From Stegostoma tigrinum (lineage: Eukaryota), in assembly GCF_030684315.1 (NCBI RefSeq), contig NC_081364.1:53282152-53346151 (forward strand): a stretch of DNA of 64,000 nt. Reading direction: 5' to 3'. The translations under genes and the position numbers were made by a program. Shown here piece after piece: positions 36,801 through 47,737 of this stretch. The notes beneath the pieces are model-generated. The model was not told where the DNA came from and made no database searches. It saw nothing but the letters and a program-made list of their open reading frames with translations. The first letter of the stretch is position 1, and each line of letters begins with the position of its first letter.

Positions 36801-39220
36801 GTCCAGGAAGGTGAGGGATGTGTTGGAGATGGTCCAGGTGAAGAAGGTTATGTATGAACCTTACATAATAATTCACCATCCCGAGGAAAGACCTAAACTC
36901 CGGTACAGACGTGGGAGCTGGGGTACCTTTGATCGCCCTCACTTTATCTACCAACAGGTGTAACTTAGTTGTCAACTCTGTCACTTGAGGTGGCTGGAAC
37001 ACACTTTTCCGTTCTTAGGCTATTCCATGGAAGTAGACAGCCTTGCCAGCCTGACTGAACTAGGAGAACACAACTTGAGTGAAAATAAATATATAGCCAC
37101 ACCCAGGACTTATCCTGACCAGAGGGACTCAGGGGCAGTCTTACGTCTTCTTAGGCATATGCCTGCCTGGGAGGTCCAAGTTCTCTAAGTACTCCTTATT
37201 GGTCTTCCCTGTTTATTAGCATGTCATCTAGATAAATGGCGACCTGGGGTAGATCTTGCAAAATGTTCTCCATCATCTGCTGAAAACTTGCATAGGCTGA
37301 TAATACCTCAAATGGCAGTTTTGTATATTGGTACAAACTTGATGGTATTATTAGTGGCATACTTCTGGGAATCCTCCTCTCACTGCAACTGCAAGTACGC
37401 ATGGTTCATGTCCAGCTTCGCGAAGGACAACCCCCTGTCAGCTTTGCATATGAATCCTTTATGTGAGGCATTTGGTATTTACCCAGCTGTGAGAAACGGT
37501 TTACTGTTTGTTTAAAATCCGTACAAAAGCAAACTGACCCGTCAGGCTTCAAAATTGGTCCAATTGGTTCTGCTCATTCAGCAAACTGCCTTGATGGTTC
37601 CTTAGTTTTCCAGCCTCCTGATTTCTGTCTCTACTTTTGCACGTAAGGCAAATGTCACTGGGCGGGCCTTGTAGAAGCGTGGAATTACTTCCTGGTTAAC
37701 ATGCAAGATTGCTTTGTCTCCTTTGATAGTCCTTAGATCTTCCTGAAAGACTTCTGGTTTTTTAATTAGGACTTCACTCAGATAGTCATTTTCTAATCAA
37801 AATGTTGAGCCAATCTAGGTGAATATTTCTCAGTCAAATTCACTCTGTCAAGTTTGACCTGAGCCTTTTACTACAATCACTGATTACTGAACCAGCGGCT
37901 TCTCATAGAAGACTGGAACTGCAGTTATAGCCTTAATCTGTAAAGGTACCCAGGTATAGGTTCTCAGTCTAGCCAAGGTCTTGCACAAACTTAAGGGCTG
38001 GAGCCCAGAATGAATTGTGTTATAGACTGATCCTGTGGTTACCGAAACGGCCACTTCGGTGTCGACCTCCATTGGAACCAGATGGCCATTTAACCAGATG
38101 TTTATTTTGATGGTTCAGATTTGAATGTTACTAAGGAATTGACTTATTCCAAACCAGGTGTAGATGGACCCTCCTAGATACTGGACTATTAGTTCTCTTA
38201 TTCAGTTTAGGTCTAGTAGGACTCCTTTGCTGTCTTGGGTCCACATATCGGCAGCAACTACAATGGCTTGCTGGCCCAGAATCTCAAGCAAATTTTAGCC
38301 ATTTGGTTGAGGCTTGGCTTTGTTTTGGGTTTTGCTGCGGGCTGCCTGAGAGTCCCTCTGGTCAGGATATGTCCTGAGTGTGGCTATATAATTACTTTCG
38401 CTCAAGTGGCGTTCCCCTAGCTCTGTCCGGCTGGCAAGGCTGTTTACTTCCATGGAACAGCCGGCAACTCATGTGCTCCACTTGCCACACTTTCCAATGA
38501 TAAAGCCAATTGTAGTGCCTGTTTGAAGTCCAGTTGGGCTTCAGCTAGTGGGTACTTTTGCTTGGTTACATCATTAATCCCACATTCCAAATGGTCTCTC
38601 AGGATCTCAGTAAGGGTTAAACCAAAGTCACATGCCTCTGCCAGTTGACCTAAAAATCTCAATACAGATTCCACTGGTTCTCGAATTGCTGAGTAAAAGC
38701 TATAACATCTCAGAATTCGAAGAGGCTTAGGATTGTAATGTTCTCTACCTAAACCTAGACTCCTAATAACCAAAAATGCTGTGGGTCAACACATTGTCAG
38801 GAGACCTAATCATTGCTTTTCACCTGCCCTAAAGTCATTTACCTGGGAAAAAATAACACATTTTTCTACATACTGGGCCTGTCTTTGACGGTAGGGTCAA
38901 ATGAGTCAAGCTTCACGAAATAACGGTGTAATGTTTACGCCAACTCAAAGATGACGTTTGTGAGCGAGTTTCTTCAGGCATGTGCTTTAGTCTCATCACC
39001 AGTGAAATAATGCCACAGAGGCCAGTATTCCGTCATCAAGTCTCCCTTTATTTACACGCGTAAAGTCTCTGACACTGGTTCAGCTCCCTCAGAGCCAGCT
39101 CTCAGATTGGCAGAATGTCTGATACTCTGCCTTTTATCTGATTGGACCAGATTAACAGTTCCAATCAGGGAACTCATATTCAATGAGGTCCACCTGGCTG
39201 ACCTTGTTACAATCACTACA
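33830..39220 (-). mobile_element. Degenerate Gypsy/Ty3 (Mag-like) LTR retrotransposon
   Basis: TG...CA LTRs at 39003-39220 and 33830-34049; 5-bp TSD ttcag (33825-33829, 39221-39225); PBS-like tggtgatgag; protease MEVDTEVAVSV, RT IYLDDMLI, integrase KMKMLARSYVWWPGLD. Confidence 0.92.
35485..36840 (-). mobile_element. Penelope-like element nested in the Gypsy element
   Basis: GIY-YIG ORF 35825-36208 (VVYCTRCGFLYIGETKRRLEDRFVEH) and the same terminus as the other copies. Confidence 0.9.
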
Positions 39221-39985
39221 TTCAGCAATCAGGTAAGTGATTTCTGTGACATCCTGCTCCTCCACAGGCGACACATTCCAATCGCTTCCAGTGGAATCAA
39301 TACACAGTTGTTAACTGATGGCAATGGTGTGAACTTATGGCAAGTATCCACTATTATCCTATTAAAGACACATGAAAACATTGTGACTTTTGACAAACTA
39401 GGAAAGTTTTGGATCATGTTTTTAGCTACTTGTACATTAGATGATTTGCAAAACCATCCTTTCAATTCTCATGTCAATATCATGACCAAAATCTTTTCAT
39501 TTAACTTTCAACCTAATAAAAGGATTATAAACTTAGCAAAAATATAAAATTACATTTATATTATTATTAAAACTATTTTAAAAATTAATCCATCGAATTT
39601 AATAAAGTTTAAATGTATTGTTGGTTGGGAAGGATGAGAAAACAAACTCGTTGAAAAAATTCTCTATGATGGCTTAGAATCTGCCAAGCAAGTATAGTGT
39701 TATACAATGTCCTATTCACAGTTTCTTCTAATTATTTTGTCATTACTGTGAAATAATTCTGTATTTTCTATTTTTCTTCATTTGCCTTTTTTAGAAGTGA
39801 GTTAATGTTTCATTAGTTTTATAAGCTATCAGTTACGTTCTGAATATTGTTCATAATCTAAAGTAACACTTAAAATTCAATGACTAACTTTTTTGTACAA
39901 GACGTCTTAATTTGCTACTGCTTCCTTAGAATAAACAAAGCTATAATTTTGAAAAATGTGCTTATGAAATTAAGTTCCACCATAC

Positions 39986-40048
39986 CTGAATATTTGAAAA
40001 TGCGTGAGCCAACTTGCCATCCACAGTGATAATATCATGGATGTTCAG
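39986..40048 (-). CDS. ATP6AP1L: V-type proton ATPase subunit S1-like, exon 3
   Basis: ttcag|LNIHDIITVDGKLAHAFSNIQ|gtatgg; resembles 'LSIEDF...AFSNLE'; 63 nt, phase 0-0. Confidence 0.88.
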
Positions 40049-42028
40049 CTGAAGGTACAATCAAAATGTAGGGAAATGTAAGAACTATAATTTAAATAAA
40101 TGTGAGTTTCCATTAAATAAGACATTGGAATTAGACAAGCACAGATGGCTGAATGTTGTGGGAGTGGAAGGGATTACAGACATGAGAAGCAAGGTCACAG
40201 AGGGATTTGAAAATTTTGATAAGAATTTTCACATCAACCTATTGCTTGATTGGGAGCTGGCATACATCACAAGGACAGGGTTAAAAGATGAGCAGGACAG
40301 CAGCAAAATTTAGAATGATTTAAGTTTTACAGAAGATAAAATCTGAGAGGTTTACCAGGAGTCCATTTAGCTAGCCACATCTAGAGGTAACAAAGACATG
40401 GGTGACGATTTTTCATCGGATGAACTTACGCAAGTGTTAAATCACACAACTTATACGATTTTGGTGCTACAGTTACCTGATCAGAAGTACATCATGAGTT
40501 GAAATATGACACCAAGATAATTTGATCTCAGAATGTTGCCAGGAAAGGAATAGAGTCAGTAGCAAGAAAACAAAGTTTGCGGTAGAGAATAAAGACTTTG
40601 ATTTTTTCCAAAATTTCATTGAAGAAAATTTCTGTTTCTGCATTCACTATGTCAGATAGGCAGAATAATATTTTTTCAACAGCGGAAGAGTCTAGAGAAA
40701 TAGTATCATGGTAGAATTGGGGATTCTCAGAGCACATGTGAAATCTAAGACTGTCTTTTGATGTTGCTGAGAGGCATTGTGTGGATAAGAAATAGGAGGG
40801 CTAAGGGTAAATTCCTGGGAAACACTGACAGAGCAGGATCACAAAGAAAAGCCATTTCAAGTGCAGTTGTAAGAGTCGAACTAGGCAAGTGTAGTGCCAC
40901 CCAAGTGGATTGATAGTGGAGAAGAGTTGAGGAGAATGGCATGTCAAAGGTTGCAGATGAGCCCAGATGAATAAGGAAAGATAATTTACCTTTGTCACTG
41001 TCACATAGGATCTGGTTTGTAATTGGGTAAGTGATGTCTTGGTATTAAGATAAGGACAGAAGCCTGTCACAGGGATTCAAACAACAAGGCTGAGGAAAAC
41101 TTCAGCACAAATTTGGAAGTAGTCAACATTTTCAAGAGCTTCATTCTTGCAAACTACTGTTCCATATGCAAACTTCCCTTTCCTCCATGGAGACATCAAG
41201 ATTCTTTTTTAGGAGAGGGTGATGATTGCATATATAAAGGAGAGAAAGGTAATACTTGAAGTATATACTCCATATAAAACTCAATTATCTATAAACTCTA
41301 AACTCTTTACAATATTGCTGAACATGAGGTGAGAAGTTGAGTGTTCAGCAACTTAATGGGAATAGGAGCAAGGAAAGATCAAGACAAGGTGGGTTTCAGG
41401 GATGTTTGAATTCAGACCACAGATGAGGTAAGATAAAAGAGAAAGATAAAAGTTTCAGACGAGAGCCAGGAAGGTTAGTAAAGTAAATTTGACCAGATCA
41501 GCTAGTGTAAGGGATGAATGTGTCAGACGCAGCTGATGGGAGTGTATAAATCTTAGTGACAAAGATATCCATGAGTTTCTGACACAAGAACAGAACCGGA
41601 AAAAAACTGAGAACTGAAATTCTGAAGAAGGGTCACTGGACCCAAAATGTCAACTCTGCTTTTTTCTCCACAGATGCTGCCAGACCTGCTGAGTTTTTCC
41701 AGCAATTTCTGTTTTGTTTCTGGTTTCCAGAATCCACAGTTCTTTGCTTTTCTTTAGCTCCTGACACTTATGATATAGTTATATGGTTTTCAGTAGGGAA
41801 AAGAAGTCGGACTATCTTTGCATTCTGGGATGACTCCGGAATGATCATGAAATAATGAGCAGTTTTTAGCAGTCAACAGAGGGATTTCATAATAGATTTT
41901 CACATTTCAAGATTACACATTAGCATTTTGCTTTATTTGCAATTTAGTAAATATTGCAGTGATTTTATAGGAACATTATGCTGGTATTAGCTAGAAAAAA
42001 GATGGATAAAAATTAACGTGGAATATAA

Positions 42029-42342
42029 TGGGCAGCACGGTGGCTCAGTGGTCAGCGCTGCAGCCTCACAGTGCCAGGGATCCAGGTTTGATTCCAGCCT
42101 CGGGTGACTGTCTGTGTGGAGTTTGCACGTTCTCCCCATGTCTGCGTGGGTTTCCTCCGGGTGCTCTGGTTTCCTCCCACAGTCCAAAGATGCGCAGGCT
42201 CGGTGGATCAGCCATGCTAAATTGCCCATTGTGTTCAGGGGTGTGTGGGTTATAGGGGGATGGGTCTGGGTGGGATGCTTCAAGGGGTGGTGTGGACTTG
42301 TTGGGCCAAAGGGCCTGTTTCCACACTGTAGGGAACCTAATC
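42029..42342 (+). mobile_element. HE1-type V-SINE, full length
   Basis: Starts gggcagcacggtggctcagtgg; closely similar to the 27168 copy. Confidence 0.9.
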
Positions 42343-42498
42343 AATAATCTTTCCCAGATTCTGGGGCTAACCAAAAAAAAGTTTTTTTTTGCCCATTCTT
42401 ACACATTGCTTTTTAAGCTGCAGCATTCTGTTGAATTTTTAAAAAAGTTTAGAACCATTTAACTCATAGATTTATAGAAAGAATTTTGCCTGAATTAC

Positions 42499-42634
42499 CT
42501 TGTCTTGCCAGAGAAGTATTACATTCTTTGGACCTCTGTTGACTACAGGACTGAGGTACCTGAACAGCTCCAGGGTTTCTTTGTGTGATCCATTGTGCTC
42601 TTGATGTGGAATATTCACTGTTTTCCACAATGCC
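42499..42634 (-). CDS. ATP6AP1L: V-type proton ATPase subunit S1-like, exon 2
   Basis: acag|..ALWKTVNIPHQEHNGSHKETLELFRYLSPVVNRGPKNVILLWQDK|gtaatt; resembles ATP6AP1 'GPRNVLLFLQDK'; 136 nt. Confidence 0.9.
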
Positions 42635-42704
42635 CTGTGTTAAATTGAATGAAGTACTATATTTGTATTGATAGTGAAATAGAAACATCTACCTATTTGA
42701 TACG

Positions 42705-42890
42705 ACAGTGTGGAGCTGGAGGAACACAGCAGACCAGGCAGCATCAGAGGAGCAGGAAAGCTGATGTTTTGGGTTGGATCCTTCTTCAGAAAGGATCTGA
42801 AGGAGGGTCCCGACCCGAAATGTCAGCCTTCCTGCTCCTCTTATGCTGCCTGGCCTACTGTGTTCATCCAGCTCTACACCTTGGTATCTC
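42705..42890. mobile_element. Palindromic PLE-derived element, older copy
   Basis: Inverted arms with a spacer of about 7 nt; decayed hammerhead cores. Confidence 0.8.
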
Positions 42891-43194
42891 CACTGGGGAA
42901 ACTCAGCAGGTCTAGCAGCTTCTGCGGAGAGGCAAAGACATACTTAACTTTTGGAGTCCAACTATGTTCTTTTTCAAAACAGAGGTTTGACTCACCATTA
43001 ATGTACCAGACCTACTGGGCGTCTTCAGCACTTTCTGATTTATGTCAGATCTCCAGCATTCAAAGTACTTTAATTTTATTTAGTGAATATCCAACCAGTG
43101 GAATGTCTCATCACCTTTCAGTCTTTAACTGCCGCACAAAAACAGATTTGTTGGATTGTAATACATTGTTTTTTCAAGGGGGCGGTTTGAGATT

Positions 43195-43530
43195 AGTAGG
43201 TAGGAAATTGAGGTCTTCCTCTCACCTATCCCCTCCTCCCACCTCAAGCCACACCTCCATCTCTTACCTATTAACCTCATCCCGCCCTCTTGACCTCCGT
43301 TCTCCCCAGACTGACCTATCCCCTCTCTACCTCCCCACCTATACTCTCTTCTCCACCTATCTCCTCCTCTATCCATCATCAGTCTGCCTCCCCCTCTATC
43401 CCTATTTTTTTTCAGAACCCTCTCCCCATCCCCCTTTTCTGATGAAGTGGTCTGGGCCCGAAACGTCAGCTTTTGTGCTCCTGAGATGCTGCTTGACCTG
43501 CTGTGTTCATCCAGCTCCACACTTTGTTGG
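43195..43530 (+). mobile_element. PLE 3' terminal fragment
   Basis: Matches 16590-16910; short inverted piece at its 5' end (about 43178-43210). Confidence 0.8.
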
Positions 43531-45387
43531 ATTGTAGATAGCCAGCTCAGACGGAATCATGCCGTGAAAATCGGAGGACGAGAAACTCCCAGTTCATGCA
43601 CTCCCCAACATATGAACTTCGGTCAGTTGTATAGGACTCGTTCCCTTCAAGTTTACCGTGGCTCAAAAAATGTAGTTACATTTTTAGATATTTACGAAAG
43701 GATACAATAAACAACCAGAAAATATTTCGCAATACCACTGCCTTTGTGAACGGATGTGGGGCATCAAGAATTAAACAGCAAAGAAAGCTAATTATTTTTG
43801 AATGATATCTTCAAGTGTTGTTAGTGCAAGTGCACAGACTTTATAGGGTGTTTTCGTTACGAAGCTTTGTAAAAGCTCCGCAAGATATTTACCGAAATAT
43901 TTATCAGCATTTTGCCAGACAATAGGTGGCAGAAATATGAACAAACGTTGTCCAGTCAGGAACAAAACTTGGTTCTGGCAGACCTTGAGCATTATTCATT
44001 TGAGCGAAATATTTTCCGGAGCGGACGAAGATATGCAAATAGCCTCACGGTTCGATCATTTCTTCAACCTTATTCCTAGAACATTTTGGCTTCGGACAGT
44101 TTTTTTAAAATACGTATAAATGACACCATACGCGAACTATTGTAACGTTGCGTAATTTGGTGCTAGGAAGGTGAGCGCTGCCACTGAACTGAAAAAGGTG
44201 TCACAAAAGAGATGTTATGCAAAAAAAAGAGAACTGCGGACACTGGAAATCTGTAACAAAAACTCAGCAGGTCTGGCAGCATGTGTGGAGAGAAGACAGG
44301 GTTAACGTTTCTGAAGAAGGGTTACTGGACTCAAAACATTATCTCTGCTTTCTCTGCACAGGAGCTACCTGACCTGCCGGGTTTCTCCAGCGATTTCTGC
44401 TTTTTGTAATAAAAAGAAGCCAGAGCTCTTTAAAGTGTGGAATTTATACACTGGGGCATAATATATAGTATGTAAAAGATATTTTTCTGCGTGGTTGTCT
44501 TTCTCACGTATTGGGTATACTATTCCAGCATCACGGCTATCTGAACCTCATTTGTGTTGGTGAGAAATTATAAAATCGGAGAAGGCAATTCGGAACGTGG
44601 AATCGTTAACATTATCCGAGCACTGATTTATTGTTGGATCTCAGATTGTCTAATACGGATTAACGGAATCACATGCCCACATTGGCCGACATGATCGGTA
44701 AAGTGCCATCTGTGCAGTACAGCTAGACATTCAGATTAGATTCACCATTGGGAAATAAGTGCACCGTTTGATTAAAAACACATACATTTTAGTCTTATTC
44801 TCCACTCACAATAAACAATTAAATTATCTGTTGAGTTAAAGTCTGGCACAAGAAAAAGCAACCTGCACATTTTAGAACTCCGAAATTAAAAAATAAAAAT
44901 GCTAGTGATACCAAGAGGTTTCATTATTTGAAAATGTAAAAAAATCAACATTTAGTGGTAGATCAAATTACAGGGGCATTGCAATTGTTTTTCGTTTCGT
45001 GTAAAAATTGCTTCAAAGGGAATTGAAGAAATACAAAAACAAATTAGCGACTTAAATAGATAAGATGGTTAGGTTTATATAAAATGGCAGATAATAAATC
45101 ATTTGAAGTTTTAGCTGTTTATGAAATTGCCGTCGTATATGTAATACTCAGTAATAAATTGATAATGTCAGGAGTTAGTTCACAGTTAAGTTTACAATAT
45201 TCGCAAAAGGCTGGAATATTGTATTGGGCAATTCAAAGGTACATCATTAACGATGAACAGAATAGCATGTCCCCTATTTAGCCTTCATAACATTATTAAA
45301 ATTGATGTATACATACAGTACTAAACATTGAAGGTAAATTTTATTTCCACAAGTTAAACGACTTGTAACTTGAAAACTTTAACTTAC

Positions 45388-45488
45388 TTCGCTGACGACC
45401 ACATGATAACGGGCACGGTATGATCAGCCGTAACGGAAAATCTCATGAGGAGGGAAATTGTTAAGCACTGTATTTTATAGGTTTCCAT
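45388..45488 (-). CDS. ATP6AP1L: V-type proton ATPase subunit S1-like, coding exon 1 (signal peptide)
   Basis: METYKIQCLTISLLMRFSVTADHTVPVIMWSSA(K)|gtaagt; resembles the ATP6AP1 'VPLVLWSS' motif; 101 nt, ends in phase 2. Confidence 0.85.
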
Positions 45489-45895
45489 CGATAAATAACC
45501 AGCAGCGCGTCCGAAACAACGTTCGGCAATCCAGAGCCAAAGACAAGCTTCAGCCTGCGGCCACCAAGGGAGAGCAAACTCCTTCTGATTGACAGCTGTC
45601 ACTACCACTCAGCGCTTCGGCCCGCGTCAATAAGCCAATTCTGACCAGCAGGAGGCGGGATATCAGAATTCACACGTTTTAAGCAGACAAAACACATGAT
45701 TTCGTTAAATAAATATTTTCTTTGCAAATGGGGAAATTATTTCCGCTTAGACTTTCTGCAGTTGAATGTAAAGGGTGTATTTATTTGTACTTTACGGCAG
45801 GCGGTGAGAGGGCCGCTGGCTGGGGTCCTGTGTTTGGTAATAGAGGCGGCGCACGGTGGTCTCGGTCTTTTTGCTGTGAGGCTGAGTCCGTCACC
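45489..45895. promoter_or_regulatory. Bidirectional promoter shared by the ATP6AP1L-type gene and RPS23, with a 5'TOP-like tract
   Basis: The two start codons diverge about 410 bp apart. CCAAT near 45635, GC-box-like ggaggcggga at 45651, pyrimidine tract CTTTTT at 45867-45872 ahead of the RPS23 ATG, and a YY1-like ccgccatt near 46005. Confidence 0.75.
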
Positions 45896-45899
45896 ATGG
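45896..45899 (+). CDS. RPS23: 40S ribosomal protein S23 (uS12), coding part of exon 1
   Basis: accATGG|gtaagg; strong Kozak context; supplies Met and the first base of Gly2. Confidence 0.92.
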
Positions 45900-46901
45900 G
45901 TAAGGGAGTGAATGAGTGAGAGAACAACCGGTCTGACATGACGGTTCTCGCACCGAGTCCCCCTTTTTTAAAAAATTCCCACACGGATTTTGCACGGTTC
46001 ATATCCGCCATTGGAGCGCTGGCAATTTATTTCTTTCTGTTTTGTCAGTGGGAGAAGCGACCGCATGCGGGCTGCCACGCAATGGCTTCCTGATGCAAGG
46101 CTGTAGGCCTAGGCCTTGCTCCAGGCTATCGCTTTGCCTTCAGCATGTTCGGAAATAAAGTTTTTTTAAAAGTCCACTGAGAAAAACACAGTGCATATTA
46201 CCCAACTGTAGTAAAAGAATACTTAATTAGATGAGATAGTTTGTTGGAAAGCATCTGAGAACGTGCTGGACTTATTTTCGGATTTATTATTAGACACCTC
46301 TGGAGCAGGTAAAACTTGAATCCAGGCCTCCTGGCTCAGAGATAATGATACTACCACTGCACCACCAGACTTTTTTCAATTCTGTGGATTTAGTTCATCA
46401 CTTCGCTGGTGGGGAGTCTCTTCCCCGCCCCCCCGTGCCGCCGCAGCAAAGTCTGCGATGAAATGAGCAACCTAGATGTTCAGCCTTCGTTCTGAGCAAG
46501 GCCGTCACCAATCGGACAACGGGATTTTGATTGAGTGTCATATTATCGACTTTACCAAGTTACGTTTTTCTTTAGCAGGGCGACAAAAAAAATAGAAATT
46601 ATGTAGTCAATGTTACACTTAATTGTTACAATTTCTCCTTTGAAATATTTGAAAGTACATTCAATAGTGGCATTCTTGGGTATGGAAAAATCACAGCACT
46701 TTAGTGGTCTGTAATTTTGTTTTGCAGTAAATGTATTGCTAGAAATCGCTTCTATGTTATGGTAGATGATATCTTGAGCATCGGCAAACCATTTGGTTGA
46801 GTTTGACTACTGACTTCTTTGGGCAGATTACAGTTATTCCTAACAACTTACTCTTATTCCTCATACTAAAATAAACATTTGTAACCAGAAATGAATTTTA
46901 A

Positions 46902-47075
<174 letters not shown>

Positions 47076-47593
47076 TAAGTATTTTAAAATTGAGGATTTT
47101 GTTGACTATTACTGGCTACTGTAAGATTTTTATCCTTTCTGTAAAGTGTCCTCTGTACTACAGCTGCATGCTCATCATTTTACAAAAAAAGAACTTGGAA
47201 TGTGTAAAAGAATGGTTTTGGCGAATTGGTCATGCACTCTCTGGAAAAGTTGCTAGTTACTGTTTGGTACATAATTCTGATGGTATGGCTAATTATATGT
47301 AAGCAGTTGTGGCCTGGTGCCATGATACTTAGCTAGACCATGGTCTGTACCGTAGATCGAACATAATCTTAACGTTCAGATCAGTTACACAGTATAAGAG
47401 ATATGAGACTCATTTTACAAATTAACACAATAATACTGCATGTTAAATGGAATGTGATACGTATTTATATAATGCCTGTGTACAAAAATGCGTAATACTT
47501 TGATAATTAATTGATTTACTCTGACTTAATTGCATGTGTTAGTCATATCTTTTAGGCGAAAGGCATTGAGAATGTGAATTTAATTTTTTTTGA

Positions 47594-47737
<144 letters not shown>

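Noticed and set aside
42710-43537. 275-aa ORF
   Set aside because: Chance read-through across adjacent PLE terminal repeats.
12480-44340. Sense-oriented hammerheads in ATP6AP1L-type introns all look inactivated, suggesting selection
   Set aside because: Few copies, CpG decay of CGAAACG explains much of it, several antisense copies are also dead, and 62024 is an intact sense counterexample.
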